Shown here piece by piece: positions 8,491 through 18,433 of a stretch of DNA of 64,000 bases. The notes beneath the pieces were generated by a model. That model saw only the letters and a list, made by a program, of their open reading frames with translations. It ran no database searches and was not told the DNA's origin. This DNA comes from an uncultured Candidatus Saccharibacteria bacterium. GTDB lineage: Bacteria > Patescibacteriota > Minisyncoccia > Phycocordibacterales > XYD1-FULL-46-19. The position numbers were made by a program, and so were the translations under genes. The stretch is from assembly GCA_964510655.1 (NCBI GenBank), contig CAZEAY010000001.1, positions 99,302 through 163,301 on the forward strand, given 5' to 3'. The first letter of the stretch is position 1; the number at the start of each line of letters is the position of its first letter.

Positions 8491-9708
8491 ATGAAAATGT
8501 GGAATTTTGGTACAAAAAGAATTTATGCTGATACGGCTGCGGCAACCACCATTGATTCGGTGGTCCTTAGGGTGATGTTGCCATATCTTTCTCGTGAAAC
8601 AGGGAATCCTTCTAGTTTGCATCAGGAGGGAGTACGAGCTCACAAGGCGGTAGAACAAGCTCGTAAACAAATTTCTGATATTTTAGGAGCTCACCCCGAT
8701 GAAATAATTTTTACGGGCAGTGGAACAGAGGGTGATAATTTAGCGATTTTAGGGGTGGCTCGGGGTTTATTGGCTAAAAATAAGATTAAAAATCCTGGGC
8801 ATATTATTACGACGGCTATCGAACATCAGGCGGTCTTAGAGTCTTGTCAGACGCTAGAAAAAGAGGGTTGGCAGGTAACTTATTTACCTGTGTCGAAAGA
8901 GGGAATAGTGGATTTAAATGCCCTGAAAGAATCTTTGAGGGAGGATACCGTCTTAGTTTCTGTCATGTATGCTAATAACGAAATTGGTACAATTGAGCCA
9001 ATTCGCGAGGTGGCAAAAATTTTACGTGAACATCGTAAGCAGAGCAATGAACTGCGACTTCCCTATTTTCATACTGATGCTTGTCAGGCTTCACGTTTTC
9101 TTCCTTTAGAAGTAGAGAAACTAGGCGTTGACCTTATGACCCTAAATGGTTCTAAGGTTTATGGACCAAAAGGGATTGGTTGTTTGTATGTAAAAAGGAA
9201 CACTTTTATTTCACCTATCTTGTTTGGCGGAGGTCAGGAAAGAGGTTTACGTTCTGGGACAGAAAATGTGGCTGGTGTTGTTGGACTGGCAAAAGCTTTG
9301 GCTTTAAGCCAGGAGCGAAAAGAAAAAGATAACACGCAATTGATTGCCGTTAGAGATTATTTTTTCCAAGAGCTTAGGGGTTTCCACGGTGTCAAAATAA
9401 ACGGTGATCTTTTAAATCGATTGCCAAACAATGTTAATGTTTCTTTCTCCGATAGTTTGGGTGAATGGTTGGTTTTAAGTCTTGATGCGCGAGGAGTGGC
9501 TTGTTCGACTGGTAGCGCTTGTTCGGCTCATTCCAAAGATAATTCACATGTTATAATGGCATTAGGTCATGATAAAAATCACGCCGACAGTGCCCTTCGT
9601 TTCTCTTTAGATCGGGGTACTACTAAGGCTCACATTGATTATATTATTAAGAGTTTAAAAGAAATTTTGTCTCAGAATAAAAATTTATTATTTAATCCTC
9701 AATCTTAA
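8491..9708 (+). CDS. iscS: cysteine desulfurase (NifS/IscS family)
   Basis: GNPSSLH, FTGSGTE, EHQAV, NNEIG, HTDACQ, SKVYGPKG, RSGTEN, STGSAC; exact start uncertain (8461/8491/8497). Confidence 0.9.
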   Translation: MKMWNFGTKRIYADTAAATTIDSVVLRVMLPYLSRETGNPSSLHQEGVRAHKAVEQARKQISDILGAHPDEIIFTGSGTEGDNLAILGVARGLLAKNKIKNPGHIITTAIEHQAVLESCQTLEKEGWQVTYLPVSKEGIVDLNALKESLREDTVLVSVMYANNEIGTIEPIREVAKILREHRKQSNELRLPYFHTDACQASRFLPLEVEKLGVDLMTLNGSKVYGPKGIGCLYVKRNTFISPILFGGGQERGLRSGTENVAGVVGLAKALALSQERKEKDNTQLIAVRDYFFQELRGFHGVKINGDLLNRLPNNVNVSFSDSLGEWLVLSLDARGVACSTGSACSAHSKDNSHVIMALGHDKNHADSALRFSLDRGTTKAHIDYIIKSLKEILSQNKNLLFNPQS

Positions 9709-9713
9709 AATTT

Positions 9714-10325
9714 ATGTATGAAATTCCCTCTTTAATTTATAAATATGGTGATCTCGAGCCCCATATTGATGAGGCGACAATGCGTGTTCATCACACTAAA
9801 CACCATCAGGCTTATACCGACAAGTTAAATGCGGCATTAGAAAAATATCCAGATTTACAAGAGAAAGATTTAGCCACTTTAATTTATCAGGCTGAGACCA
9901 TGTTACCAGAGGATATTTGTTCAGCGGTCATAAACAATGGTGGCGGTTTTCTTAACCATAATTTTTGGTGGAATATCTTAGGTAAACCCAAAGATGAAAC
10001 CAATAAGCCAGAGGGAACGACTATCGGAGTAATGATCGATGAACAGTATGGTAGTTATGACCAGTTTAAAACTGAGTTTAAAGATAAGGCGTTGGGTTTG
10101 TTTGGGGCGGGCTGGACTTGGTTAGCTATCTCGAATAATAAGTTGGAAATTATCAATACGGCTAATCAAAATTTATTACCAAGTGATAAAAAGGCCTTAC
10201 TTGGTCTCGATGTTTGGGAGCATGCTTATTATTTAAAGTATCAAAATAGGCGAACCGAGTATGTTGATGCTTTCTTTCATATCATCGATTGGAAAAAGGT
10301 AGATGAACAGCTAAAAAAAGCGTAA
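9714..10325 (+). CDS. sodA: superoxide dismutase [Mn/Fe]
   Basis: HHTKHHQAY, NNGGG..NH, DVWEHAYY. Confidence 0.92.
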   Translation: MYEIPSLIYKYGDLEPHIDEATMRVHHTKHHQAYTDKLNAALEKYPDLQEKDLATLIYQAETMLPEDICSAVINNGGGFLNHNFWWNILGKPKDETNKPEGTTIGVMIDEQYGSYDQFKTEFKDKALGLFGAGWTWLAISNNKLEIINTANQNLLPSDKKALLGLDVWEHAYYLKYQNRRTEYVDAFFHIIDWKKVDEQLKKA

Positions 10326-10463
10326 AAAGCTGTTTAATTTAGGTTTTAGACCAATTGACTATCTATTAAAAAGGTTGTAATATAAGGTTATTCTGGCTAT
10401 TTTTGTCGAAGTTGCCATATTTTAGTCACCCACCGCTTATGCCTGTAATTCTTTCGTAAAATT

Positions 10464-13160
10464 ATGCCTCCATTTCATCAATTTACTTCAAAAGCTAAAG
10501 AAGCCATCCGTAAGTCTCACGAGTTGGCCATTGAACGTGGACAAAACCAGGTTAATCCTGTGCATCTCTTAGCCGCTCTACTTTTGCAAGATGACAGTAT
10601 GGTCTTAACTATTTTTGAGAAGTTGGAAATTGATTCTATTATGTTGACCGATTTCCTTTTGGACTCTTTGGATGGGGTGGAATCTTCTAGTGTTGCTTCT
10701 CCTTCTTATCAAATTTATTTAACTCCAGAACTCGTTTCTGTTTTAGATTCGTCGTCTAAAATTGCCGACAAAATGAAAGATGATTTTGTTTCGACAGAAC
10801 ATTTATTGTTGGCTCTGCTGGAAGTTCCTAGTCAGGCGGTGGAAATCTTGAATCGTTTTCGGGTGACGCGCGATAATATTTCCAAAATTTTAGAAGAAAT
10901 TCGTGCCAATAAAGTCGATGTTGTTGATCATGGGCGAAAAAATAAGGCGATTGATAAATTTACCAAAAATTTGACCGATTTGGCTCGTAAAGATAAGTTA
11001 GATCCTGTGATTGGCCGGGAATCAGAAATTCGTCGAGTGATGGAGATACTCTCTCGCCGAACAAAAAATAATCCGATTTTAATTGGTGAAGCCGGAACCG
11101 GAAAAACGGCGATTGCTGAGGGGTTAGCGGTTCGGATTGCGAAAGGTGATGCCCCTGAGTCTTTACGAGAAAAGGAAATTGTTTCTTTGGATTTGGGGCT
11201 TCTTTTGGCTGGTACCAAGTATCGGGGAGAATTTGAAGAACGTTTAAAGAATATTATTAAAGAACTCGAAAAATCGGAAGGGAAAATTATTCTCTTTATT
11301 GATGAAATTCATACTATTGTTGGGGCGGGGGCGGCTGAAGGGGCGATTGATGCTTCTAATATGTTGAAACCGGCTCTGGCTCGTGGCGACTTGAAAGCGA
11401 TTGGAGCGACAACCCTGAAGGAATATCAAAAATATATCGAAAAAGATCAAGCGTTGACCCGTCGTTTCCAACCGGTTTTAGTAGAAGAGCCAAGCACTGA
11501 AGATGCTATTACTATTTTGCGTGGGTTGAAAAGCCGTTACGAGCTTCATCATGGAGTGCATATTACTGATGACGCGATTGTGGCGGCGGTAAATCTCTCT
11601 AGTCGTTATATTACCGACCGCTTTTTACCTGATAAGGCGATTGACTTGATTGATGAGGGAGCCGCCGCCCTACGTTTACAGTTGGAAAATAAACCAGCCG
11701 TGTTAGAAGATGCTCATCGGCGTATCATGACGCTCGAAGTAGAGCGAGAAGCCTTGCGTAAAGAGGTAGAATTGGATACTGAAAATAAAGAAGCTAAAAC
11801 TCGGATTAAGAGAATCGAAAAAGAAATTGGAGATTTGAAAGAGGAGACCAGTGAGCTGGAACTGCGTTGGAAAAATGAAAAGCAGACAATTTCGGAAATC
11901 AGAGATATTAAAGAAAAATTGGAATCTTTGAAGTTGGAGGCGGGTCAAGCTGAATTGCGTGTTGATCTCACTCGGGCGGCGGAGATTCGTTATGGTCAAA
12001 TTCCTGAATTGGAAAAGCAATTAGTCGCTCGTGAGACTAAGATTAAAAAATTACAGACTTCTCGTAAAATCTTAAAAGAAGAGGTCACGGCTGAGGAGAT
12101 CGCTAAAGTGGTTTCTCGTTGGACCGGCATTCCTGTAATGAAAATGTTGGAAGAAGAAGCCGAGAAATTGGCGCGTCTGGCTGATGAACTGGCTAAACGA
12201 GTTCGCGGTCAGGATGAAGCAATTAAAGAGGTGGCAGAGGCGGTTAAACGCTCTCGAGCTGGTATTTCTGATCCTGATCGTCCAATTGGTTCCTTTATGT
12301 TTTTGGGTCCGACCGGAGTTGGTAAAACAGAATTAGCTAAAACTTTGGCTAAGTTTATGTTTAATGATGACAAAGCTCTTATCCGAGTAGATATGTCTGA
12401 ATATATGGAGAAATATTCAGTCTCCAAATTGATCGGCTCTCCTCCTGGCTATGTTGGACATGAAGAGGGTGGTTCTTTGACCGAGACTGTTCGTCATCGA
12501 CCATATTCTGTTCTCCTCTTTGATGAAATCGAAAAAGCTCATCCAGAAGTCTTTAATATCTTGTTGCAAGTTTTAGATAATGGCCGGCTAACTGATTCCA
12601 AGGGGCGAGTGGTGAACTTCAAAAATACCATTATTATTATGACTTCTAATATTGGTAGTGAATATATTATTCGTCTGCAAAAAATTGGTTTCCGAGGAGA
12701 AAGTGAGAAAACTAGTTTCTCTGATGTAAAGGATAAGATTATGGAGTCTTTGAAAAATAATTTTCGACCAGAATTTTTGAATCGCTTAGATGATGTAATT
12801 ATTTTCAATCCTCTCTCTGAAGAAATTATTCGTCAAATTGTGGAAATTCAGCTCGGCTTGGTTAAGACTCGTTTGAAGGAAAAAAATATTCTTTTGGAGG
12901 TTACTCCTGAGGCAATTAATTATTTAGCCAAAGAAGGGTATAATCCGGAGTATGGCGCTCGACCACTGAAACGCTTGATTCAAAGTAAGATCCTAAATCA
13001 AGTGGCCCAGTATATTATCTCTAAACAAGTGGCCAAGGGGAGCGTGGTGACTGTCTCAATGAAGAATGGTTTAACTCAGGTTGATATTAGAGAAATTGCT
13101 AATCGTGGTAAAAGAATTGTTTCTAGCCACCGTCAACCGTCTTCGGGTAAGAAAAATTAA
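10464..13160 (+). CDS. clpB: ATP-dependent chaperone ClpB
   Basis: Clp N domain, [13 protein letters not shown], long coiled-coil M domain, [26 protein letters not shown]. Confidence 0.95.
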   Translation: MPPFHQFTSKAKEAIRKSHELAIERGQNQVNPVHLLAALLLQDDSMVLTIFEKLEIDSIMLTDFLLDSLDGVESSSVASPSYQIYLTPELVSVLDSSSKIADKMKDDFVSTEHLLLALLEVPSQAVEILNRFRVTRDNISKILEEIRANKVDVVDHGRKNKAIDKFTKNLTDLARKDKLDPVIGRESEIRRVMEILSRRTKNNPILIGEAGTGKTAIAEGLAVRIAKGDAPESLREKEIVSLDLGLLLAGTKYRGEFEERLKNIIKELEKSEGKIILFIDEIHTIVGAGAAEGAIDASNMLKPALARGDLKAIGATTLKEYQKYIEKDQALTRRFQPVLVEEPSTEDAITILRGLKSRYELHHGVHITDDAIVAAVNLSSRYITDRFLPDKAIDLIDEGAAALRLQLENKPAVLEDAHRRIMTLEVEREALRKEVELDTENKEAKTRIKRIEKEIGDLKEETSELELRWKNEKQTISEIRDIKEKLESLKLEAGQAELRVDLTRAAEIRYGQIPELEKQLVARETKIKKLQTSRKILKEEVTAEEIAKVVSRWTGIPVMKMLEEEAEKLARLADELAKRVRGQDEAIKEVAEAVKRSRAGISDPDRPIGSFMFLGPTGVGKTELAKTLAKFMFNDDKALIRVDMSEYMEKYSVSKLIGSPPGYVGHEEGGSLTETVRHRPYSVLLFDEIEKAHPEVFNILLQVLDNGRLTDSKGRVVNFKNTIIIMTSNIGSEYIIRLQKIGFRGESEKTSFSDVKDKIMESLKNNFRPEFLNRLDDVIIFNPLSEEIIRQIVEIQLGLVKTRLKEKNILLEVTPEAINYLAKEGYNPEYGARPLKRLIQSKILNQVAQYIISKQVAKGSVVTVSMKNGLTQVDIREIANRGKRIVSSHRQPSSGKKN

Positions 13161-13165
13161 ATAAT

Positions 13166-13206
13166 CAGACATAAAAAACCACCTGCTAGGTGGTTTTTTA
13201 TGTCTG
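13166..13206. terminator. 19-bp perfect inverted repeat, terminator after clpB
   Basis: CAGACATAAAAAACCACCT-gct-AGGTGGTTTTTTATGTCTG. Confidence 0.75.
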
Positions 13207-13262
13207 GAAGTGCTCACCAATACTAGAGTAGACAATAGTAATTTGTGATATAATAATAACAA

Positions 13263-14075
13263 ATGGCTAGGAAATGGAATCCAAAAGAAGAAAAAACTTA
13301 TCATGATGAGCTTTACAATCTTTATGTTGTTAAAAATAAAAGTATAAGTGAAATTGCTGATATTTTAAATATTAAATTCCAAACAGTCTATCTCCGACTT
13401 AAAAGATTGAATATTAGTACTTGTCCAGAATTAAAACCTAAGTATCAAAACCGTCGGAATGATATTGTTATTCCCAAGAAATATACGGCGGATCTAGCGG
13501 AATTTTTTGGTATAATGTTTGGAGATGGAAATTTGACACATTTTCAGACGACGATAACTTTGGGAACAAAAGAATTATCTTATGCCCAGTATGTAAAATA
13601 TTTGATGGAAAAAATTTTTCATACTCATGTTAAGTTGACGATACGAGCAAATGGTTGTCGCGATATCTATATTGGTTCGGTTAAGTTGACGGATTGGTTG
13701 CAAGAAGAAGGTTTGGTATTTAATAAGGTTAAGAGTCAAGTTGGAGTACCGAATTGGATTTTCCAGAAAAGTCAGTATATGAAGAGGTTTTTGAGAGGAT
13801 TTTTTGACACTGACGGCTCTGTTTGTAAGCTCCGTTTTGGAATACAGGTTTCTTTTATAAATTACTCTTTTCCTATTCTGAAATCTTTACAATTGATGTT
13901 AAAAAAGTTAGAATACAAGCCATCGGAAGTCAGTTCTCATAAGGTTTATTTAACGAGAAAATCCGATGTTAAGAAATTTTTTTCTGAAATAAAACCGGCT
14001 AATCAAAAACACCAGTTAAGGTTTGAAAGGTTTAATATGCGCAGATACTCAAGCGGCAACGAGGACAGACTGTAA
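13263..14075 (+). CDS. free-standing double-motif LAGLIDADG endonuclease-like protein with N-terminal HTH
   Basis: LAEFFGIMFGDG and FLRGFFDTDG motifs; 'SISEIADILNIKFQTVYLRLKR' HTH; last 12 codons overlap tRNA-Tyr. Confidence 0.85.
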   Translation: MARKWNPKEEKTYHDELYNLYVVKNKSISEIADILNIKFQTVYLRLKRLNISTCPELKPKYQNRRNDIVIPKKYTADLAEFFGIMFGDGNLTHFQTTITLGTKELSYAQYVKYLMEKIFHTHVKLTIRANGCRDIYIGSVKLTDWLQEEGLVFNKVKSQVGVPNWIFQKSQYMKRFLRGFFDTDGSVCKLRFGIQVSFINYSFPILKSLQLMLKKLEYKPSEVSSHKVYLTRKSDVKKFFSEIKPANQKHQLRFERFNMRRYSSGNEDRL

Positions 14076-14121
14076 ATCTGTTGGCCTATGGCCTCCGGGG
14101 GTTCGAGTCCCTCTCTGCGCA
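14039..14121 (+). tRNA. tRNA-Tyr(GTA)
   Basis: GCGCAGA/TCTGCGC acceptor, ACAGA-CTGTAAA-TCTGT, long variable arm, GGTTCGAGT. Confidence 0.93.
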
Positions 14122-14320
14122 CAAAACAAACGTCCTGGATGCGAAAGCATCTGGGGCGTATTGTTTTGTTTGACGCAGGGATGGATTCGAAAGACGGAGG
14201 CCGCGAAGCCGATTGAGCGAAGCGAAATCGTGGCCGAGTCAGGGCAGGAGCCACACAATATTTTTGGAGTTTATCGAATAAAAATATTGATGTGAGCTGC
14301 GCCGAGTCCCTCTCTGCGCA
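14122..14320 (+). mobile_element. structured element 3' of tRNA-Tyr bounded by an 18-bp direct repeat of the tRNA 3' end
   Basis: CGAGTCCCTCTCTGCGCA at 14104-14121 and 14303-14320; imperfect antisense TGACGCAGGGATGGATTCGAA at 14171-14191; several hairpins. Confidence 0.7.
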
Positions 14321-14428
14321 GTAACTTAAAAAATCAACTAATAAGTTACTCTTGACCGAATCCCGACTTGTAAAACTCCCATCCACTTTATATTTTTTCT
14401 AAACAAAATTTTATGTTAAAATGTCTCC

Positions 14429-15472
14429 ATGTTATCTAAAATAAAATACCCTTTTTTAATTTTACTGTTTGGTTTTCTTCTCCCTTTTAATTTTATCTTT
14501 GCTGAAACAGCTAAGACGGATTTTATCAAACTATTCTATTACCGTGATGGCGAACGAGCTTGGGAGTCTTTTCAAAAAAATGTTAAAAGTATTGATGTTA
14601 TCGCTCCGCAGTCTTATGGAGTTAGAGCTGACGGTGTACTTAAAGGTGGTTTAAAAGATGAATTTCTCTCTTTGGTGCGAGCTAATAAGGTAAAAATTAT
14701 GCCACTTTTGACCAATAGTGGTTTTAGTCAGAAAGATGTGCATGATATTTTAGATAATCCTGATATTCAAGACAAAATTATCCAGGCAATGGTGGCTGAG
14801 GGTAAAAAGCAAAATTATTGGGGTTGGCAATTTGATTTTGAACAAATGACAGCGGAATACCGTGATAAATATTCTGCTTTTGTAAAAAGAGCTTATCCAG
14901 AATTTAAAAAGAATAATCTTGTTTTTAGTGTTGCTGTTATTTCACAAACTTCTCTTGATCCTAATGCCTATCCGAATAACTTATGGCAGAGAGTGATTGG
15001 GGTTTATGATTATAAGGCTTTGGGTGCTAATTCAGATTTCCTAAGTATTATGTCTTACGATCAACCCGCTTCTGGCGGTCCGGTGGCTAGTCTGGATTGG
15101 GTGAAACAAGTCGTTCGTTTTGCCATTAGTCAGGTTCCTCCAGCCAAACTATCTCTTGGTATACCATTTTATTATTGGAAATGGGATGATAGTACGGGAA
15201 AATTGGTAGATATTGGTACCTACCGAAGGATTGATGAGTTATTTAAATATCCTAAGCAAATTATCAAAAAGGGCTGGAATCCGACCTATCAGGTTGGGTG
15301 GGTAAACTATACTCAATCAAAGAAGACTTATACTGCCTGGTATGAGAATTCACAGAGTTTTAGTCGCAAAATTGACCTAGCTTTGCTCTTTAAAATGCAT
15401 GGTTTCTCTGCCTGGGCTCTAGGACAGGAGGATCCGGACGTTCACTCAGTTATTGCGACGAGGAAAATATAA
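14429..15472 (+). CDS. secreted glycoside hydrolase family 18
   Basis: Signal peptide, GWQFDFE catalytic motif, MSYD, LGIPFY, SAWALGQED. Confidence 0.88.
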   Translation: MLSKIKYPFLILLFGFLLPFNFIFAETAKTDFIKLFYYRDGERAWESFQKNVKSIDVIAPQSYGVRADGVLKGGLKDEFLSLVRANKVKIMPLLTNSGFSQKDVHDILDNPDIQDKIIQAMVAEGKKQNYWGWQFDFEQMTAEYRDKYSAFVKRAYPEFKKNNLVFSVAVISQTSLDPNAYPNNLWQRVIGVYDYKALGANSDFLSIMSYDQPASGGPVASLDWVKQVVRFAISQVPPAKLSLGIPFYYWKWDDSTGKLVDIGTYRRIDELFKYPKQIIKKGWNPTYQVGWVNYTQSKKTYTAWYENSQSFSRKIDLALLFKMHGFSAWALGQEDPDVHSVIATRKI

Positions 15473-15530
15473 GCCTTGATTTATTACCGGCAATAGGTTA
15501 TAGTACCTAAGTTAAAGCTAATTCACCAAT

Positions 15531-15689
15531 ATGTCACAAGACCAATTAATCAAACTCGGCTGTAAGGATTGCAAAAACCTTAACTACTATACCCGAAAAA
15601 ATAAGAAACTCGTTGAGCGTAAAATTGAGCTCAATAAGTTTTGCAAATTCTGTAAAAAACAAACAGTACACAAGGAAGTCAAAAAGTAA
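15531..15689 (+). CDS. rpmG: 50S ribosomal protein L33 (zinc-binding form), below the ORF-track size cutoff
   Basis: MSQDQLIKLGCKDCKNLNYYTRKNKKLVERKIELNKFCKFCKKQTVHKEVKK; precedes tRNA-Trp as in the usual rpmG-trnW arrangement. Confidence 0.95.
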   Translation: MSQDQLIKLGCKDCKNLNYYTRKNKKLVERKIELNKFCKFCKKQTVHKEVKK

Positions 15690-15726
15690 GAAAAAAGACC
15701 CCAATTGGGGTCTTTTTTCTTACTTT
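15683..15726. terminator. 44-bp perfect palindrome/terminator overlapping the rpmG stop
   Basis: AAAGTAAGAAAAAAGACCCCAATTGGGGTCTTTTTTCTTACTTT. Confidence 0.75.
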
Positions 15727-15769
15727 ATTTATGCTAGAATACTTTTGTGGCTGTAAGGCTGTTTTTTGA

Positions 15770-15841
15770 GGGCTTGTAGTTTCAATGGTAAAACATCGGT
15801 CTCCAAAACCGAGGTTCCGCGTTCGAGTCGCGGCGAGCCCG
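15770..15841 (+). tRNA. tRNA-Trp(CCA)
   Basis: GGGCTTG/CGAGCCC acceptor, TCGGT-CTCCAAA-ACCGA, G73. Confidence 0.93.
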
Positions 15842-15850
15842 CCTTTGGTA

Positions 15851-15903
15851 CGCCGAAGCGTCCCTCCGGCGTGGCTAACCCCACTCTGGTGGTCGCGGAG
15901 GCG
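15851..15903 (+). repeat. REP-like hairpin CGCC-GAA-GCG...CGC-GGA-GGCG
   Basis: Same ends as the reverse complement of the hairpins inside tgt and uvrA; lies between tRNA-Trp and a GIY-YIG gene. Confidence 0.55.
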
Positions 15904-15911
15904 AGTATATT

Positions 15912-16142
15912 ATGTTTTATGTATATTCTTTAAAATGTAAAAGCGGTTATTATTTAGGCTGTACCGATAATCTTAAGGAACGCTTCTTAAGACATAAAAA
16001 GGGCTATGTCCCTTCTACGGCTAATCGCTTACCTATCAGTTTAGATTTTTACATTACTGTTAAGGATAGACATAAAGCTTTTCTTTTGGAGAAGTATTTT
16101 AAATCTGGCTCCGGACGATCATTTATTAAAAAACACTTTTAA
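15912..16142 (+). CDS. small GIY-YIG nuclease family protein
   Basis: 'FYVYSLKC..YYLGCTDNLKERFLRH', 'EKYFKSGSGR'. Confidence 0.85.
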   Translation: MFYVYSLKCKSGYYLGCTDNLKERFLRHKKGYVPSTANRLPISLDFYITVKDRHKAFLLEKYFKSGSGRSFIKKHF

Positions 16143-16378
16143 ATATGCAAAAAAAGTATCGTTTTTGGGTTTTTTTGTTTGTCTCAATTTTGGCGACAAT
16201 TGGAGCCTTTTTCCCGCTTAAACCAGCTCGTGGGCAATATTACGAAATTCCCCGTTTTGTTTCCATTGGCCAGTTTGTAAAATCTCCGAATAATCCTTTT
16301 AATTTTCGCAGTCAATTTTGGATTCGTTTACTCAAAGTGGAAGTTGATTAGTTTTATCATTTTCTAATTTTAAACCAT

Positions 16379-16945
16379 ATGGCAAATAATCAGGTGGAGA
16401 TTGAGGTAAAGTTTAGGTTAGAAAATTTGTCTGTTTTAGAAGAAAAAATTAAATCGGCGGGTGGTCAGCTCTTACATCGAGATACTTTTCAACGAACCGT
16501 CAGAATGGACACTCCTGATGAACAACTTGAAAACAAAAAAGTGTTTTTGAGGGTGAGAGATGGCGAAAAGAAAGTTATGACTGTTAAAACAAAAATACCT
16601 AATACTGGCGAGAATTTTAAAATAAGTCAAGAATTGGAGGTTGAAGTCAGTGATATTTCTTTAGTGGAAAAAATGCTAGAGACGTTGGGGTTTACTAAAA
16701 AATTAATTATGGAAAAATATCGTACAGAGTATGAACTTTTGGGGACGTTTGTTGCTCTTGATAGGCTACCATTTGGTAATTATTTAGAAATCGAAGGAGA
16801 GCAGGGGGAAATTGAAAAAGTTATTGATATTCTTGGTCTTACTGATAAAGAACGTTTAGTTAGTACCTATTGGCATTTATTTGATGATTATAGAAAAGAT
16901 AATGGTCTAACCGACGAAAATATTGTTTTTTCCTCAACTAACTAG
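16379..16945 (+). CDS. CYTH domain protein (class IV adenylate cyclase-like)
   Basis: EIEVK motif, LRVR, EKYRT, LEIEG. Confidence 0.88.
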   Translation: MANNQVEIEVKFRLENLSVLEEKIKSAGGQLLHRDTFQRTVRMDTPDEQLENKKVFLRVRDGEKKVMTVKTKIPNTGENFKISQELEVEVSDISLVEKMLETLGFTKKLIMEKYRTEYELLGTFVALDRLPFGNYLEIEGEQGEIEKVIDILGLTDKERLVSTYWHLFDDYRKDNGLTDENIVFSSTN

Positions 16946-17821
16946 GAAATCTTTAATTAGTTTTTCGGCTACTTCTGGTTTTTCCAGCCAGACAATTCTT
17001 CGGTCTTTTTTAAACCAAGTCATTTGACGTTTGGCGTACTTTAGACTTTCAGTTTTTATTCCCTGAAGCATTTCTTCTTTTGTTATTTTCTTTTGAAGAA
17101 AACGAGCGATGAAAGAGTATTCTAAGCCAAAACTTTCTAATCTTTTCCAAGATAGGCCATCTTCATGTAGTTTTTTTACTTCCCTAATCATTCCTTTTTT
17201 AAGCCGTTTGTCTAAGCGAACCGAGATGTTTTTTTCTAATTGTTCGTAGGGGACGCTAATTCCAATTTCCAAAGCATTATATTTTTGTTCTTTTTTGAGG
17301 ACGGGAACTTGACCCAGGTGTTTGGCGATTTCAATGGCGCGAATTAAACGATGGGGGTTTTTATTATCGATATTTTTGGCACGTTCAAGGTCCATTTTTT
17401 TTAATAAATGAAACATCTCAGTTGCCGACTTTTTTTCTAGCTCGCGACGTAGAGTTTTATTGGGTGGAACTTTTGGAAGAGAAATATTGTCGACAATACT
17501 TTGAATATAAAAACCAGTACCACCAACAATAATCGGAAGTTTTTGTCGTTTTAATATTCCAGCAATCGTCTGGTGGGCTTTCTTTTGGTAGTTTGCGACT
17601 GAGTAGATTTTTTTAGGATCTGATACATCGAGCAGGTGATGAGGGACGCCAGACATTTCCTTTTTGGTTATTTTCCCCGATCCTAAGTCCATACCTTTGT
17701 AGACTTGCCGAGAATCAGCAGAAACAACCTCACCACTGAATTGTTTGGCGAGTCTCACTGCTAGGTCGCTTTTGCCAGAAGTGGTTGGTCCCAGAATGAC
17801 GATAATTTTTGGCTTTATCAT
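16934..17821 (-). CDS. miaA: tRNA dimethylallyltransferase
   Basis: GPTTSGKS, SADSRQVY, VGGTGFY, YAKRQMTW. Confidence 0.97.
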   Translation of the reverse strand: MIKPKIIVILGPTTSGKSDLAVRLAKQFSGEVVSADSRQVYKGMDLGSGKITKKEMSGVPHHLLDVSDPKKIYSVANYQKKAHQTIAGILKRQKLPIIVGGTGFYIQSIVDNISLPKVPPNKTLRRELEKKSATEMFHLLKKMDLERAKNIDNKNPHRLIRAIEIAKHLGQVPVLKKEQKYNALEIGISVPYEQLEKNISVRLDKRLKKGMIREVKKLHEDGLSWKRLESFGLEYSFIARFLQKKITKEEMLQGIKTESLKYAKRQMTWFKKDRRIVWLEKPEVAEKLIKDFLVS

Positions 17822-17895
17822 TGTTCTAATATACAGAAATAATTGCTAAAAGCAAAAAAATGTGGTAGTTATGGGTTAGCTTAAGGAGGCGTGCC

Positions 17896-18390
17896 ATGAA
17901 ATCTTATTGTCTGACGGAGGGGCTCTTTCCTCAATCTGATCTTGACTTATTTGCCGATATCAAGATCTTAATTGAGGCAATTCCTGATGATTTAACCTTG
18001 CCCAGTGGTGATGTTCTGACTTGCCATCTTCTGGTGGCTGTCTTCCGTTGCTTATTTAAGAAGGTTAAACCGGAAACTGGATATTTCGTAACCAGTTATC
18101 GTCATTCTTGGTTTAAAACACCAAGTGGAAATGTCATTGATCTCTACCCGGTGGCTTCTGGATATGGTCCTTGGTTACTTGCTGGAGACAGAATGTCTCC
18201 CTGGAGTCGTCGGATGATGTATGAAGGAGGACACTCCCTTCGGAAGTATGAGAAATGGAAGAGTCTTGACTATCAGTATTTTTGGTTGCTCATGCTCAGT
18301 ATCACAAAGAGACTTGTTCGTGAGCGGGCAATTAAGACTGCAAACCTGAGATTTAAGTTTAAGGAGGCCAAATATAAAAGGCGACAGTGA
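17896..18390 (+). CDS. hypothetical protein (ORFan cassette)
   Basis: AAGGAGG SD at 17883-17889; terminator GGCGAC/GTCGCC overlapping the stop; C..H..D residues (TCH, HSW, IDLY) hint at a papain/transglutaminase-like triad (weak). Confidence 0.65.
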   Translation: MKSYCLTEGLFPQSDLDLFADIKILIEAIPDDLTLPSGDVLTCHLLVAVFRCLFKKVKPETGYFVTSYRHSWFKTPSGNVIDLYPVASGYGPWLLAGDRMSPWSRRMMYEGGHSLRKYEKWKSLDYQYFWLLMLSITKRLVRERAIKTANLRFKFKEAKYKRRQ

Positions 18391-18433
18391 TGTCGCCTTT
18401 AACTTTTTTTAGCTGATCAATATTTTTCTAAAA

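Noticed and set aside
10928-12808. Antisense ORFs inside clpB (and likewise inside topA, parB, tgt, uvrA and others)
   Set aside because: Fully nested opposite well-supported genes with no motifs of their own.
13263-14320. Group I intron or intein hosting the LAGLIDADG ORF
   Set aside because: tRNA-Tyr is contiguous, clpB ends normally with a terminator, and no intein splice motifs or split host gene are evident.
16145-16351. 68-aa ORF after the GIY-YIG gene
   Set aside because: Signal-peptide-like start but no recognisable domain or RBS; may be a fragment, so not called.
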